A DNA stretch of 63,931 nt, the filler included, from Octopus bimaculoides (taxonomy: Eukaryota), in NCBI RefSeq assembly GCF_001194135.2. It is 6 parts of 4 records of this genome, joined end to end, with 100 filler letters (N's around TTAATTAATTAA, not from the genome) between each part and the next. Parts side by side here need not be neighbours in the genome. Positions count along the whole stretch, not along the records: positions 46,482 to 54,924 come from NC_068991.1; positions 55,025 to 60,206 come from NW_026337150.1; positions 60,307 to 63,931 come from NC_068990.1; 3 more parts are not named here. One strand, given 5' to 3'. Each line of letters opens with the position of its first letter. Positions within the stretch are counted from its first letter, which is position 1. Shown here in pieces: positions 48,520 to 61,050 of the stretch. The position numbers and the translations under genes were made by a program. The notes below the pieces were generated by a model. That model was not told the origin of the DNA. It searched no databases and saw only the letters and a program-made list of their open reading frames with translations.

Positions 48520-48738
48520 CCTTGCTACTGTAGGTATAAGGCCTGAAATTTCGGGGGAAGGGATTACGTCGACTACATCGACCTCAGTGCGTAACTGATA
48601 CTTATTTAATCGACTCCGAAAAGATGAAAGGCAAAGTCGACTTTAGCGGCATTTGAACTCAGAACATGAAGATTCAAACTGATCTTGCAAAGGTTTTTTT
48701 TTATGCGACGACCTAACGATTCTGCCAGTCACCGCCGT
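48520..48738 (-). mobile_element. SINE family B whose (ATT)n tail shares the upstream (AAT)n tract
   Basis: AAGGCCTGAAATTTCGGGG...GTCGACTACATCGACC...GAAAGGCAAAGTCGAC...CGATTCTGCCAG. Confidence 0.85.
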
Positions 48739-49291
48739 TACCATGGTGACGATCATAACGCTGCTGCTGATGGTGGTGGTGGTTTTGATGATGATGATTG
48801 CGACGAACATAACGGCAACAACAGCAACAACAGATGTTAAAGCGAAAGCTTAAAGTAGCAACGTTCGAACACGTTATAGTATAAGTAGTTATTAGACCGG
48901 AAAAAATGGTATTTTTCTTCGTCTTCCCTCCATTTTGTTTTTTTCTACTACCTAAGTGATCGTGTGTTGATAAACGGAAATTGCGTACCACAAATGAAAG
49001 CTTTCGCAAAGTGTCATGTATGCCTGAACGCATATATGTATGCATGTATGCTTGTATATATATGTATCTCTGCATGTATACATACGTGCATATATGCATG
49101 TATAAATGAACGTATGCATATATGTCTGTACGTATGTATGTATGTATGTATGTATGTATGTATGTATGGACGTATGTATGGACGTTTGTACGTGTGCATG
49201 AATATCATATCGCGGATCCATATATACAGCGTATATACACGCATAGACACATTTTTCTTGGTAAAAATCTACTCAGGAAATGGTGAAATCG

Positions 49292-49348
<57 letters not shown>

Positions 49349-49543
49349 ATTATTATTATTATTATTTTCATTATTATTATTATCATATATGTATGTATGC
49401 ATGTATGTATATATATATGGAAATATATATGCATATATATATATACTTATGTATCATCATCATCATCATCATCAGCATCATTATTATTATCATTATCTTG
49501 TTTACCTGTTGATACGTTGAAGGAGACTCCTTCAGTATACATA

Positions 49544-49600
<57 letters not shown>

Positions 49601-49787
49601 ATATCATATCTGTAGCTATATATATATGTGTGTGTGTGTGTGTGTACACAGCATATAGCAGGTAGAGTGATAGCAAGGGGAAAAACAAAAGCTAATGAGA
49701 GAGTGGACGATAGAAGGGGAAAGAACACATGTTGAGTAAGGGATGGGCAGTAGTAATGGCAGCGGTGGGAGAATGCTAATAATTTTA

Positions 49788-49848
<61 letters not shown>

Positions 49849-50775
49849 CATCATCATTACTTTTTTTTATCTTCAAATAATACCAAGTTTTTGCGTCGTC
49901 AAGAAAGACAAGCTCCCAGTGCCGGCGGGATGGGGGTGGCGTGTTAGGCTAAGCTTGGATGAGGGGACGGAAAGGGCTAAACTAGTGTACATGGAGAGAT
50001 ATGGGGAGTCTCCCTTACTGAGATGACCAGGAAGTGCTGAAGTGTTCCCATGCGGTTTGAAATTGCGCCATCAATCATTCTCTGTTCGTTACCATTGCTG
50101 TTGGCTGTAATACTTGTTGTTGTTGTTGTGGTTTGTGGTGATGACGGTGTTGTTTCTTATTGTTGTTGTTGTTATTAAAGGCTGCTGCTGGCTTCGATGG
50201 TGATATTAGGGTGGAGGGGTCTTTTTGTTTTTGGCGTTTTTTTTTTAATTTTCTTGTTCTTGTTTTATGTTTGCTGTTTCATGTCGTTCATTTTTTTTTT
50301 TTCCTTTGTCTTCCGCCATGTTTGTCTCTCTACTTCCATCTCTAACTGTAAGTGTATATNNNNNNNNNNNNNNNNNNNNNNNNNNNNNNNNNNNNNNNNN
50401 NNNNNNNNNNNNNNNNNNNNNNNNNNNNNNNNNNNNNNNNNNNNNNNNNNNNNNNNNNNNNNNNNNNNNNNNNNNNNNNNNNNNNNNNNNNNNNNNNNNN
50501 NNNNNNNNNNNNNNNNNNNNNNNNNNNNNNNNNNNNNNNNNNNNNNNNNNNNNNNNNNNNNNNNNNNNNNNNNNNNNNNNNNNNNNNNNNNNNNNNNNNN
50601 NNNNNNNNNNNNNNNNNNNNNNNNNNNNNNNNNNNNNNNNNNNNNNNNNNNNNNNNNNNNNNNNNNNNNNNNNNNNNNNNNNNNNNNNNNNNNNNNNNNN
50701 NNNNNNNNNNNNNNNNNNNNNNNNNNNNNNNNNNNNNNNNNNNNNNNNNNNNNNNNNNNNNNNNNNNNNNNNNNN

Positions 50776-50850
<75 letters not shown>

Positions 50851-51237
50851 ACCTCTTTCCCTTGCTTTCTCTTTCCTATTTGAGTTTTTTCTTCATCCGA
50901 ACCATGTTTTTCATTGATACTGATGTACTTTAAAACAAACTCAACAATATTTCCCCTACCTCTCCCCTCTCCTTCTCTCCCTCTCTCTGTTTCTTTCTTT
51001 CTCTCTCTCTCTCTCCACATGCTCTCACACACTCCTTCTCTCCCTCTCCCTCGCTCTCCGTTTCATTCTTTCTTTCCGCCCCACACCACCCACACACTCC
51101 TTCTCCCTCTCTCTCTTCTCTCTTGTTCATTCTTCATCACAGTCTAGACCTTTTTACCTCCTCTCTAACTCATTACTTCTCTCTTTCTCTCTCTGTCAAA
51201 CGCCTACTTACCGCCCTTCACTCAATCTCTATCTCTG

Positions 51238-51250
<13 letters not shown>
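50776..51250. repeat. (CT)n and polypyrimidine region
   Basis: Directly visible. Confidence 0.85.
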
Positions 51251-51274
<24 letters not shown>

Positions 51275-51429
51275 TAGACATACATACACACACACGCATA
51301 TCCCCCTCTTCCCCTCACTCTATGTATATTTCATTAAATATTGTTATTAATACTGTGAAAGTTTTCAAGGAGATTTTGTTTTGTTTTAGAAACATCATTC
51401 CTATTATTGTAGACATAGCATTTATTGTT

Positions 51430-51906
51430 GCTTTCGGTGGTGGTGATGGTGATGAGGAAAATAATGATGATGGTGGTGATGATGATGATGATGATGGTGA
51501 TGATGATTGATGATGACGATGACGATGACGACGACGACGACGACGACGACGATGATGGTGATGATGATGATGATGATGATGGGTGATGGATGATGGAACC
51601 ATAATGATGATTATAATCATCATAGTCATGGTGATGGTAGTGGTGGTGGTGGTNNNNNNNNNNNNNNNNNNNNNNNNNNNNNNNNNNNNNNNNNNNNNNN
51701 NNNNNNNNNNNNNNNNNNNNNNNNNNNNNNNNNNNNNNNNNNNNNNNNNNNNNNNNNNNNNNNNNNNNNNNNNNNNNNNNNNNNNNNNNNNNNNNNNNNN
51801 NNNNNNNNNNNNNNNNNNNNNNNNNNNNNNNNNNNNNNNNNNNNGGCGGTGGCGGCGGCGTTGGCGTCGGCGGTGGCGGTTGTGTTCGTGGTAATGGTTG
51901 GTGGTA

Positions 51907-51957
<51 letters not shown>

Positions 51958-51970
51958 TTGATGTTGATGA
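51430..51970. repeat. (GAT/GAC/GGT/GGC)n trinucleotide arrays around a gap
   Basis: Directly visible. Confidence 0.9.
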
Positions 51971-52153
51971 TTTCCGTGGCAGAGATAGAGGTGGCAAAGC
52001 TGATAAAGAGGCAGAACAGAAGGACAGTTTTCTCCTTGTTTCCCGTTTTTGTTGTCTTCCTTGCTTTCCATGCATGAAAGTGTCAACATCGGTGAGAGGG
52101 TGAAAGCAAACAGTAGGATCCGAGGAAACTAGTGACATAGAATGGAGTAGAGT
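51626..52153 (-). CDS. Candidate terminal coding exon with Ser/Ala/Pro low-complexity tail
   Basis: Acceptor GTCCCTCTTCAG| at 52154; open frame TLLHSMSLVSSDPTVCFHPLTDVDTFMHGKQGRQQKRETRRKLSFCSASLSALPPLSLPRK then poly-Ser; crosses a gap; no homology recognised. Confidence 0.2.
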
Positions 52154-52369
52154 CTGAAGAGGGACTTTCTCTTTATCTTTGACGTTCAGACGTGTTATTT
52201 ATCTATTTTTTTATGACTTCAGTGTTGTTATATATTTCTGTATTCTGATGAATAATATTTCACATATTTACTGCTTTTATCCATTAGAGAGCGGCCATTT
52301 TGTTAATCGCTTTGTCAGAGGAGTATAAGGCAAAATTCATGGTTGTTTATAGGACCTTCGAGGTTAGTA

Positions 52370-52950
52370 GACAGAAGAGGTTGCATAACAAGAGACTAGG
52401 CCCGAAGTAATGCAGAAGAGTTAACTCCGGTAAATACAGTCAACAGATCACGCAACGAGTGGCGTTGATGATGTAATAAGACTACAATCCAAGAATATGA
52501 ACTGTCCATCTTACAGGTCAACAGATGTCTACCGTCGATGAAATTCTATTCACAAGCTTTTAGTCTGTTTGTAGCTACTGTAGAAGATACTTGACCAAAG
52601 GTTCGCACTGTTGTACCAAACCCGGTGGGTGCGAAGTAAGTATACATATAATGGACTTTCCCATTGAAGATGACATATAAGTATTTAGCTTTTGCCGAAT
52701 GACCTGCACGAATGATTTGTTTATAGCGATCGAATGTTCGTAGCGCACATTAGCTCTCACTCTCTCTGTCAAATCGACGTTGCCTGAAGAGGTGCCTGGT
52801 GTACCACTCGTTAAGTGTCGAAGTGATCACAGAACAGTGTGAGATGAAGTGTTTTTGCGTAAAAACACAACACACCACCCGATCTTGGAATCGAAACTAA
52901 GATCTCGCGACCATGAGTGAAACACCCTAACTACTAGACCATCGTTTTTT
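52370..52950 (-). mobile_element. tRNA-derived SINE family C (possibly composite)
   Basis: Reverse complement head GATGGTCTAGTAGTTAGGGTGTTTCACTC...GTTTCGATTCCAAGATCGGGTGGTGTGTTGTGTTTTT matches the head of 16237 and the 36-bp unit. Confidence 0.7.
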
Positions 52951-52974
52951 TCCGTCCTTGTTTTTATTTGCAAT

Positions 52975-53225
52975 TGCTAATTTCTTCCAAAGAATCTAAT
53001 ACTCTTAGCTTAGTTTTTCCTTGGGGCTGGCCAGATTGGAGCAATATCGAGAATAAGCAGCCGAAATTGCAAAGATAATCTGGATGTCGACTGAAGAGAG
53101 AAAACTCCGAATGATCTGTCCGTGTTTTTTTTGTATCGTCTATCTGGATGTTTTGTCCCTTTCTTGTATCACCTAACTGTCTGGATGTTTTTGTGCTCTT
53201 GTCCCATTCTGTATTATATATATAT
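52975..53225 (+). mobile_element. Unclassified repeat related to 5310-5560(-)
   Basis: Shared blocks; contains CTGAAGA-GAG-AAAA-CTC-CGAAT. Confidence 0.5.
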
Positions 53226-54466
53226 ACANNNNNNNNNNNNNNNNNNNNNNNNNNNNNNNNNNNNNNNNNNNNNNNNNNNNNNNNNNNNNNNNNNNNNNNN
53301 NNNNNNNNNNNNNNNNNNNNNNNNNNNNNNNNNNNNNNNNNNNNNNNNNNNNNNNNNNNNNNNNNNNNNNNNNNNNNNNNNNNNNNNNNNNNNNNNNNNN
53401 NNNNNNNNNNNNNNNNNNNNNNNNNNNNNNNNNNNNNNNNNNNNNNNNNNNNNNNNNNNNNNNTGAAGAGATATATAAAATATCCCGGAAACAGCTGTAA
53501 GACCTTCTCTTTATAAATGTTCTGAAATCTTTCACCTCTCATGATCTATATATATATTATATATATTATATCTTATGAAAAATGATGAGAAAAGTTGGAA
53601 AATGCATCTGATTTTTATATACCCATATATTTTTGCTTAATTAAGACAGGCTTGATAACATTTTAATGTTCACACTGTTTAAACTAGTGTTACTAATGAT
53701 TCCATGCTGTGAAAACACTATAATCTGACAAGCTTGTATAGCGTGCAGTGTGTTTTCAAGCAATCTAATATACAGCATGGTTGATATCTGTTTACAAAAA
53801 CGAGAAAGAACGCTAGTATTTGAAAAACAAAACACGAGAGAGAACAAGGGGAAGATGAAATGAAAAGTGGAATGAAAGAGAAAAATATAATTGGAGTTGC
53901 GTCCCTTTGGCTCGTTCAAATCAAAATTAATATGATTGAGTAAATTAGTTCAACGGGGAAAGGTCAGAGTTTGTGAGGCTGTATACACATACATACATAC
54001 ACGTACATTTGTACAGATATAAATATACACAAGTCACAACCATACGTACACATACACTGTGTATGCAGTAGCTTGTATCTATTCGTGTATGTATGTGCGT
54101 GTATGAGCGTGTATATTCATGTATGCTTGTATACCGGACAGGATTGCAATAACGAAGATTAAAGGGCAGACAGAGAAAAAAAAAAGATAGCGGATTAAAC
54201 GATGGAAGAAACTGGTTTTAAACGAGGATTAAAGGGGGAAGATGAACCGAGAAAGGGAAAGAGACGGAGAGTGAGCGGGACAAAGTTATACAGAGAGGGA
54301 GACTGACTGATAGATTAAGTCGAAACGCTAATGACCGACTCACTTAAGAGATTTGGCAAGAAGCGATAGTTAAGTTTTAAGTTTCGTGTGAGTTGAGCGG
54401 TGTATTATGTGTAGCTGATGGAGTAGAACTGAAGTGGGTATAAGCATATAAGAGATAGATAGATAC

Positions 54467-54502
<36 letters not shown>

Positions 54503-54863
54503 GTACGTACATTCATTCATACATACAAACATACATATATACATACATACATATATAATATATAAGGTAGGTAAGTAGGTATGTATGTATGTAATACATA
54601 CCTACTTACCTACCTTATATATTATATATGTATGTATGTATGTATGTATATATGTATGTTTGTATGTATGTATGTAATACATACATACATACATACATAT
54701 ACACGTAAGGTGGGTAAGTAGGTACACCGAATGATTAAGAGGAAGATTGACTGTGTCGAATGTGTGTGTATATGTGTGTGCACGAATATGTATGAGAGAT
54801 ATAGAGCTGGATAGGAAGAGCATGAGAGACGGATGTATAATTTTGTGAGCTTGAGAGCACGTG

Positions 54864-54924
<61 letters not shown>

Positions 54925-54968
54925 NNNNNNNNNNNNNNNNNNNNNNNNNNNNNNNNNNNNNNNNNNNN

Positions 54969-54980
54969 TTAATTAATTAA
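54969..54980. other. Artificial contig-join linker TTAATTAATTAA
   Basis: 44 N + 12-mer + 44 N. Confidence 0.9.
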
Positions 54981-55259
54981 NNNNNNNNNNNNNNNNNNNN
55001 NNNNNNNNNNNNNNNNNNNNNNNNTACACACTACACGCGCTTACACATACATATGTTTACAATTCACATACATGCACATATATGCATTCACACATATACA
55101 AACACATACACACACCCTCCATCTCACACACACATACTCAAACACATACGTGCATTCACAATTCGCATACACACACATACACGCACTCACATACATATAT
55201 ACACACTAACACATGCACACACTCTCCATCTCACATACATACACATACACACACTTACG

Positions 55260-55500
55260 CACGCACATACATTCACAAGTCAAATACACACACACATATA
55301 CACACGCCTTCCAACACATGCGTACACACATACATTCACAAGTCCCATACACACTCTTATACACACACAAACGCATACACACGCCCTTCAAAACACACGC
55401 ATACTCACATTCAAGTCACATACACACACACAAACATATACACACGCCCTTCAAAACACACGCACAGACACATTCAAAAGTCAGATACACACACACATAC
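55260..55500. repeat. Degenerate 60-75-bp minisatellite embedded in (CA)n
   Basis: About four recurrences of CACATTCA(C/A)AAGTC...ATACACAC...ACACACGCC(C)TTC.AA.CACA.GC. Confidence 0.7.
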
Positions 55501-55799
55501 ACACGTACAAACACGTACAAACACACAAATACACATTCACTCACACATATACTCCGACTTGGGGAATGCGATACACATTCACACAGTCACACACTCGTAA
55601 ACAGACACACGGTCAAACACACATACGCAAAGACGCAGACACATTTCACCTTGAATCTCCCATTCCATTTCTTTTTGGTGTTTTTATTGCTTTCCTGCCT
55701 TCCTCAAAAGTCAGTCGCCTATTCTCGCTTTACATCACTTTTATTGAGGCATAACTTATCAAGGACTACATTATCTAATGTATAGTGTTTGTGGCTATA

Positions 55800-55935
55800 G
55801 TTGTTGTTATTGTTGTTGTTGTTGTTTAGCCCAAGGCCAGTCCTGATCGAGACAGTCCTGATCGAGACAGTCCTATGATCAAAGATGTTCCAGATGTGAC
55901 CATCCCATCTTTTATTCAAGCATAGTGTATCTAGG
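55800..55935 (-). mobile_element. 3' end of a (CAA)n-tailed retroposon with a 15-bp internal tandem duplication
   Basis: Reverse complement AAAAGATGGGATGGTCACATCTGGAACATCTTTGATCATAGG...GGGCTAAA(CAA)n; GATCGAGACAGTCCT x2. Confidence 0.5.
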
Positions 55936-55936
55936 A

Positions 55937-56322
55937 CTGTGGTCATGCTGGAGCACCGCCTTTAGTCGAGCAAATCGACCTCAGGACTTATTCTTTGTAG
56001 GCCTAGTAACTTATTCTATCGGTTACTTTTGCCGAACCACTAAGTTACGGGGACGTAAACACGCCAGCATCGGTTGCCAAGCGATGTTGGGGGGGGGGAC
56101 AAACACAGACACACAAACATATACACACGCATGCATATATATATATATTTACATATATACGACGGGCTTCTTTCAGTTTCCTCCTACCAAATACACTCAC
56201 AAGGCTTTGGTCGGCCCGAGGCTGTAGTAGAGACACTTGCCCAAGATTCCACGAAGTGGGACTGAACCTGGAACCATGTGGTTCGTAAGCAAGCTACTTA
56301 CCACACAGCCACTCCTGCGCCT
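55937..56322 (-). mobile_element. SINE family A, full-length, well preserved
   Basis: Reverse complement starts AGGCGCAGGAGTGGCTGTGTGGTAAGTAGCTTGC...GGTTCAGTCCC. Confidence 0.9.
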
Positions 56323-56390
56323 ATATGTATATATATATATGTATATATATACTTCGTTTTTGCAAACTAAATGCACACACTAATGCACAC

Positions 56391-56560
56391 ACATGCGCAC
56401 AAAGAAAAAGAACGCAGCTTCGATACCGGACAGAGTCGACAACTATCGAAGTGATTGCAAGAAGCAACGAAATTTTTAGAAAATAAAAGCAATAAATAAG
56501 TAAATGAGTGTAATTTGAACCGGTGTGTGTGTTAATTAATAATGTATCAAAATGGAATGG
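56391..56560 (+). repeat. Interspersed repeat, paralogue of 46261-46381
   Basis: See 46261; continues into a gap. Confidence 0.7.
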
Positions 56561-56961
56561 CTCTCCCCAAACNNNNNNNNNNNNNNNNNNNNNNNNNNNN
56601 NNNNNNNNNNNNNNNNNNNNNNNNNNNNNNNNNNNNNNNNNNNNNNNNNNNNNNNNNNNNNNNNNNNNNNNNNNNNNNNNNNNNNNNNNNNNNNNNNNNN
56701 NNNNNNNNNNNNNNNNNNNNNNNNNNNNNNNNNNNNNNNNNNNNNNNNNNNNNNNNNNNNNNNNNNNNNNNNNNNNNNNNNNNNNNNNNNNNNNNNNNNN
56801 NNNNNNNNNNNNNNNNNNNNNNNNNNNNNNNNNNNNNNNNNNNNNNNNNNNNNNNNNNNNNNNNNNNNNNNNNNNNNNNNNNNNNNNNNNNNNNNNNNNN
56901 NNNNNNNNNNNNNNNNNNNNNNNNNNNNNNNNNNNNNNNNNNNNNNNNNNNNNNNNNNNNN

Positions 56962-57085
56962 TTGGTAAATGAGACTGATAGAATAAGTACTAGGCTTAAT
57001 AAGAATAAGATCGAGGGGGGGCGATTTCTTCGGTTAAAGGCGGTGCTCCAGCTTGGCCGCTGTCAACTGACTAAAACAAGTACAT
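56962..57085 (+). mobile_element. SINE family A 3' tail
   Basis: GAGACTGATAGAATAAGTACTAGGC...AAGGCGGTGCTCCAGC. Confidence 0.8.
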
Positions 57086-57159
57086 GAATCAAAGAACGTG
57101 TGTATGTGCGTGTGTGTATATATGAAGGTTTTTATCAAATATTAGAGAAGTTCGTACGA

Positions 57160-57550
57160 AACTATGCCACGGCGATGGGGCGAACTGTAGCGTTCTTTAA
57201 GCTGTAGGACATCAAAGATTCTGAACTATACATTGAGACATGATACTGGAAGTGTCTAAGTTTCAAACGCCCAGGGCCTTCCAGTATCTTGTCTGAAAAC
57301 CGGGGAGACCGACACAGAATAGGTTTAAACAGAATTGAATAAATATTTGGAAAAGCTTCGCGTCTATGATCGCCGTAGAACCGACAAACATCCGAAATGA
57401 GAGCAGATGTACTAAATAGCGAGATTTTACTAAAACACAACTCGAGAATAAGGGTTGGAGTGGGAGAGAAATGGTTGGAAGAATATGGTGGTATTTCTGT
57501 ATTATCAGAGCCCTTCGGGTGGTTGTATGAGAAGATAAATGTCCACTGAG
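57160..57550 (+). mobile_element. Possible highly decayed LINE ORF2 C-terminal fragment
   Basis: One frame with sparse stops (YWKCLSFKRPGPSSIL...RIRVGVGEKWLEEYG); only vague resemblance to L1/Tx1 C-termini. Confidence 0.2.
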
Positions 57551-58329
57551 AGTTGGGGAGTGGGAAGAAAAGTGACGGGGATGTGGGGGGAAAACAGGAA
57601 AGCGAAAGAGGAGAGTGTGAGGAAGGGCGCAGCATATATATATATATGTACATATATATATATATATATATANNNNNNNNNNNNNNNNNNNNNNNNNNNN
57701 NNNNNNNNNNNNNNNNNNNNNNNNNNNNNNNNNNNNNNNNNNNNNNNNNNNNNNNNNNNNNNNNNNNNNNNNNNNNNNNNNNNNNNNNNNNNNNNNNNNN
57801 NNNNNNNNNNNNNNNNNNNNNNNNNNNNNNNNNNNNNNNNNNNNNNNNNNNNNNNNNNNNNNNNNNNNNNNNNNNNNNNNNNNNNNNNNNNNNNNNNNNN
57901 NNNNNNNNNNNNNNNNNNNNNNNNNNNNNNNNNNNNNNNNNNNNNNNNNNNNNNNNNNNNNNNNNNNNNNNNNNNNNNNNNNNNNNNNNNNNNNNNNNNN
58001 NNNNNNNNNNNNNNNNNNNNNNNNNNNNNNNNNNNNNNNNNNNNNNNNNNNNNNNNNNNNNNNNNNNNNNNNNNNNNNNNNNNNNNNNNNNNNNNNNNNN
58101 NNNNNNNNNNNNNNNNNNNNNNNNNNNNNNNNNNNNNNNNNNNNNNNNNNNNNNNNNNNNNNNNNNNNNNNNNNNNNNNNNNNNNNNNNNNNNNNNNNNN
58201 NNNNNNNNNNNNNNNNNNNNNNNNNNNNNNNNNNNNNNNNNNNNNNNNNNNNNNNNNNNNNNNNNNNNNNNNNNNNNNNNNNNNNNNNNNNNNNNNNNNN
58301 NNNNNNNNNNNNNNNNNNNNNNNNNNNNN

Positions 58330-58373
<44 letters not shown>

Positions 58374-59199
58374 AATATATACACACATATGCATATATAT
58401 ATACGTTTATACACATACGTATGTGCTTGTATATAATTATAGACACATATATACATACATATATATACATATATATATACATACATATATACATACACAT
58501 ATATATATATATATATTTGCATATACACACAAATATATATATGTATGTATATATGTATGTATGTATGTATGTGTGTATGTGTGTATATATTTATTCATAG
58601 AGATAGACAAATGCACTTAAGGAACATAAAAGGTTGGCCATAGACAATAGATGTGGAAATAGTGTCACACATCTATAACCTTGAGAGGCATCTATACACA
58701 TATATAAACTTACATATATACGTACACAAACACAGAAGCACAAACGTAAAGACAGACAGACAGGGACACAGGCAAACAGACAGGATAGTTAAAAGGCTGG
58801 TTATAAAGATCTATATACGATATTAACGACAAGCACTTTCACATAACCTACAGATATATATATGTATATACAAAGCGCTTAGTGAAAAACAGTTAGACAA
58901 ATAGGCGTAAAAATGGACGAGAAAGGTTGGATATACACACACGTATATATATTGTAACACTCAGAAAGTTTATACGTAACCTAGAGCCAAACAGACTGAC
59001 TGACAGCAAGCCAAACAGGCGGGTTGACAAACAGACAGACGGAGAAATAGATGTGTTAATAGGTTACATATATGGCCGCTATCACCTTCTGGTGGAGAAA
59101 TTTCGATAAACACTTTTATTGAGAGGGGATGTTACCGATTTCTCCCTGTAAATTCCCACAGACAACTGAGGTTATGTACGTGTGTGTGTGAATGTGTGA

Positions 59200-59252
<53 letters not shown>

Positions 59253-59375
59253 TCGGTAGGTATATATGTTATAAAGCTGTTTGCTGGATGTAAACCATAA
59301 ACATACAGAGATCAGTAGCATTTCGATAGAGGTAGATGAGTACATTCATACTCATAAGTGTGTGTGCACGTAAAT

Positions 59376-59417
<42 letters not shown>

Positions 59418-59446
59418 GTATATATGTATATATACANNNNNNNNNN

Positions 59447-59486
<40 letters not shown>

Positions 59487-59541
59487 CATCTACTTGTATG
59501 TATATACATATATACATATAGACATATATGCATATACACAC

Positions 59542-59575
<34 letters not shown>

Positions 59576-59766
59576 CTTTGTATATATGTATGTTTGCGTC
59601 TACGCATTAATAAGTATAAGTAGCATAACACGTATTGTCTGTGCGAGTGTGTATACCGTTTAACACACAAATTTACATCATCACGAGTGCGTGTATACGC
59701 TTAGAGATATAAATATTCATAAATACATACATATATATTAATATATATAATACATATATACACATG

Positions 59767-59832
<66 letters not shown>

Positions 59833-60250
59833 TAAATTAAACAGATGTAGGCTAACATAATTAGTTCTCAAGAGGCCACCTATATCATTGGTCAAATGAA
59901 CTAGCTTTCCAATAATATTATCATGAACATAAGGGGACATAAATCAAATATATTGAATATATTCTTTCGTTGATGTTTTAATATTTTTCCATCTTTTGTA
60001 CTATTCGTTGGACTTATATATGCATGTGTGTATGTATGTATGTGTATGTGTATGTATGTGTATGTATGTATGTATGTATGTATGTGCGTGTGTGTATATA
60101 TATTTTTTTATGAAAGACCGTTAACATGACGATACTGAGGCGTCACAAATGTGTATTATACACAAACTTATATCTGCATATATCTATATGTATATATGTA
60201 TATATANNNNNNNNNNNNNNNNNNNNNNNNNNNNNNNNNNNNNNNNNNNN

Positions 60251-60262
60251 TTAATTAATTAA
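60251..60262. other. Artificial contig-join linker TTAATTAATTAA
   Basis: N run + 12-mer + N run, same geometry as the others. Confidence 0.9.
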
Positions 60263-60379
60263 NNNNNNNNNNNNNNNNNNNNNNNNNNNNNNNNNNNNNN
60301 NNNNNNTGACATTTGAGAGATTTTTTTGTGTTTTAGTTATAGGGATAAGATTTTTAAACCCCAAGTAAGATAAATTTAA

Positions 60380-60631
60380 TCATTGTTTGTTAAGAGTGGG
60401 CTTGAATTTCTTAATAAAGTCCTTTTCTTTGCATTTTCTCTCAATTTCATTCAGGTTGTAAAGCTTATGGAATGGAAATATCATAAAAGTTTCACGACCA
60501 CATGTTGCCAGATGGTTACTCAGCTGTATTTGGCGGACTTCTGGGTTTTTAATCTGTTGTTAATGCACACATGAGCGTTCCGATAGTGCATTACCTGTCT
60601 GGCCAACGTACAGTTCTTCACAATTAGGGCA
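60380..60631 (-). mobile_element. Penelope-like GIY-YIG endonuclease C-terminal fragment
   Basis: CPNCEELYVGQTGNALSERSCVH*QQIKNPEVRQIQLSNHLATCGRETFMIFPFHKL...RKCKEKDFIKKFKPTLNKQ* (one in-frame stop). Confidence 0.85.
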
Positions 60632-60654
60632 GTATGTATGTATGCATTAATTTG

Positions 60655-60892
60655 TGTGTGTGTGTCTTTGTGTCTTTGTGCCTTTGTGTGTGTTTGCTCT
60701 ATCACCACTACCCTTGCTTGACCACTGGTTTTGGTGTGTTTACATCCCTGTAACTTAGTAGTTCAGCAAAAGAGACTGATAGAATAAGTGCCAGGTTTTA
60801 AAAAAATACAGGGATTGATTCATCCAGCTAAAAATTCTTCAAGGTGGTGCCGCAGCATGGCCTCATTCAAATGTCTGAAACAAGTAAAAGAT
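60655..60892 (+). mobile_element. SINE family A 3' half, CpG-decayed
   Basis: GTGTGTTTACATCCCTGTAACTTAGTAGTTCAGCAAAAGAGACTGATAGAATAAG...CAGCATGGCC...GAAACAAGTAAAAG. Confidence 0.85.
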
Positions 60893-60919
60893 AGACACAA
60901 GATGACAAATTTGAGGAAA

Positions 60920-61050
60920 GATTACTCGATTAAGATGATCCTTAACTGGTACTTTATTTTATCAGCTTTGGAAAGATGAAACACCAAGTTGACCTTGGTA
61001 GGATTTGAACTCACAATGTGAGGAGGTAAAAGGAACAGTGCAAAGCATTG
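60920..61050 (-). mobile_element. SINE family B fragment, CpG-decayed
   Basis: AACTGGTACTTTATTTTATC...GAAAGATGAAA...GGATTTGAACTCA. Confidence 0.7.

Noticed and set aside
54300-54335. Hammerhead-like CTGA...GAAAC
   Set aside because: No CUGANGA directly followed by a closing stem II, and no stem I partner
55053-55785. His/Thr-rich 170-233-aa ORFs
   Set aside because: Translations of (CA)n-rich sequence, open in all three frames
57162-58600. 270-420-aa ORFs spanning 57.6-58.3 kb (and similar gap-spanning ORFs elsewhere)
   Set aside because: Length comes from N gaps and (TA)n repeats
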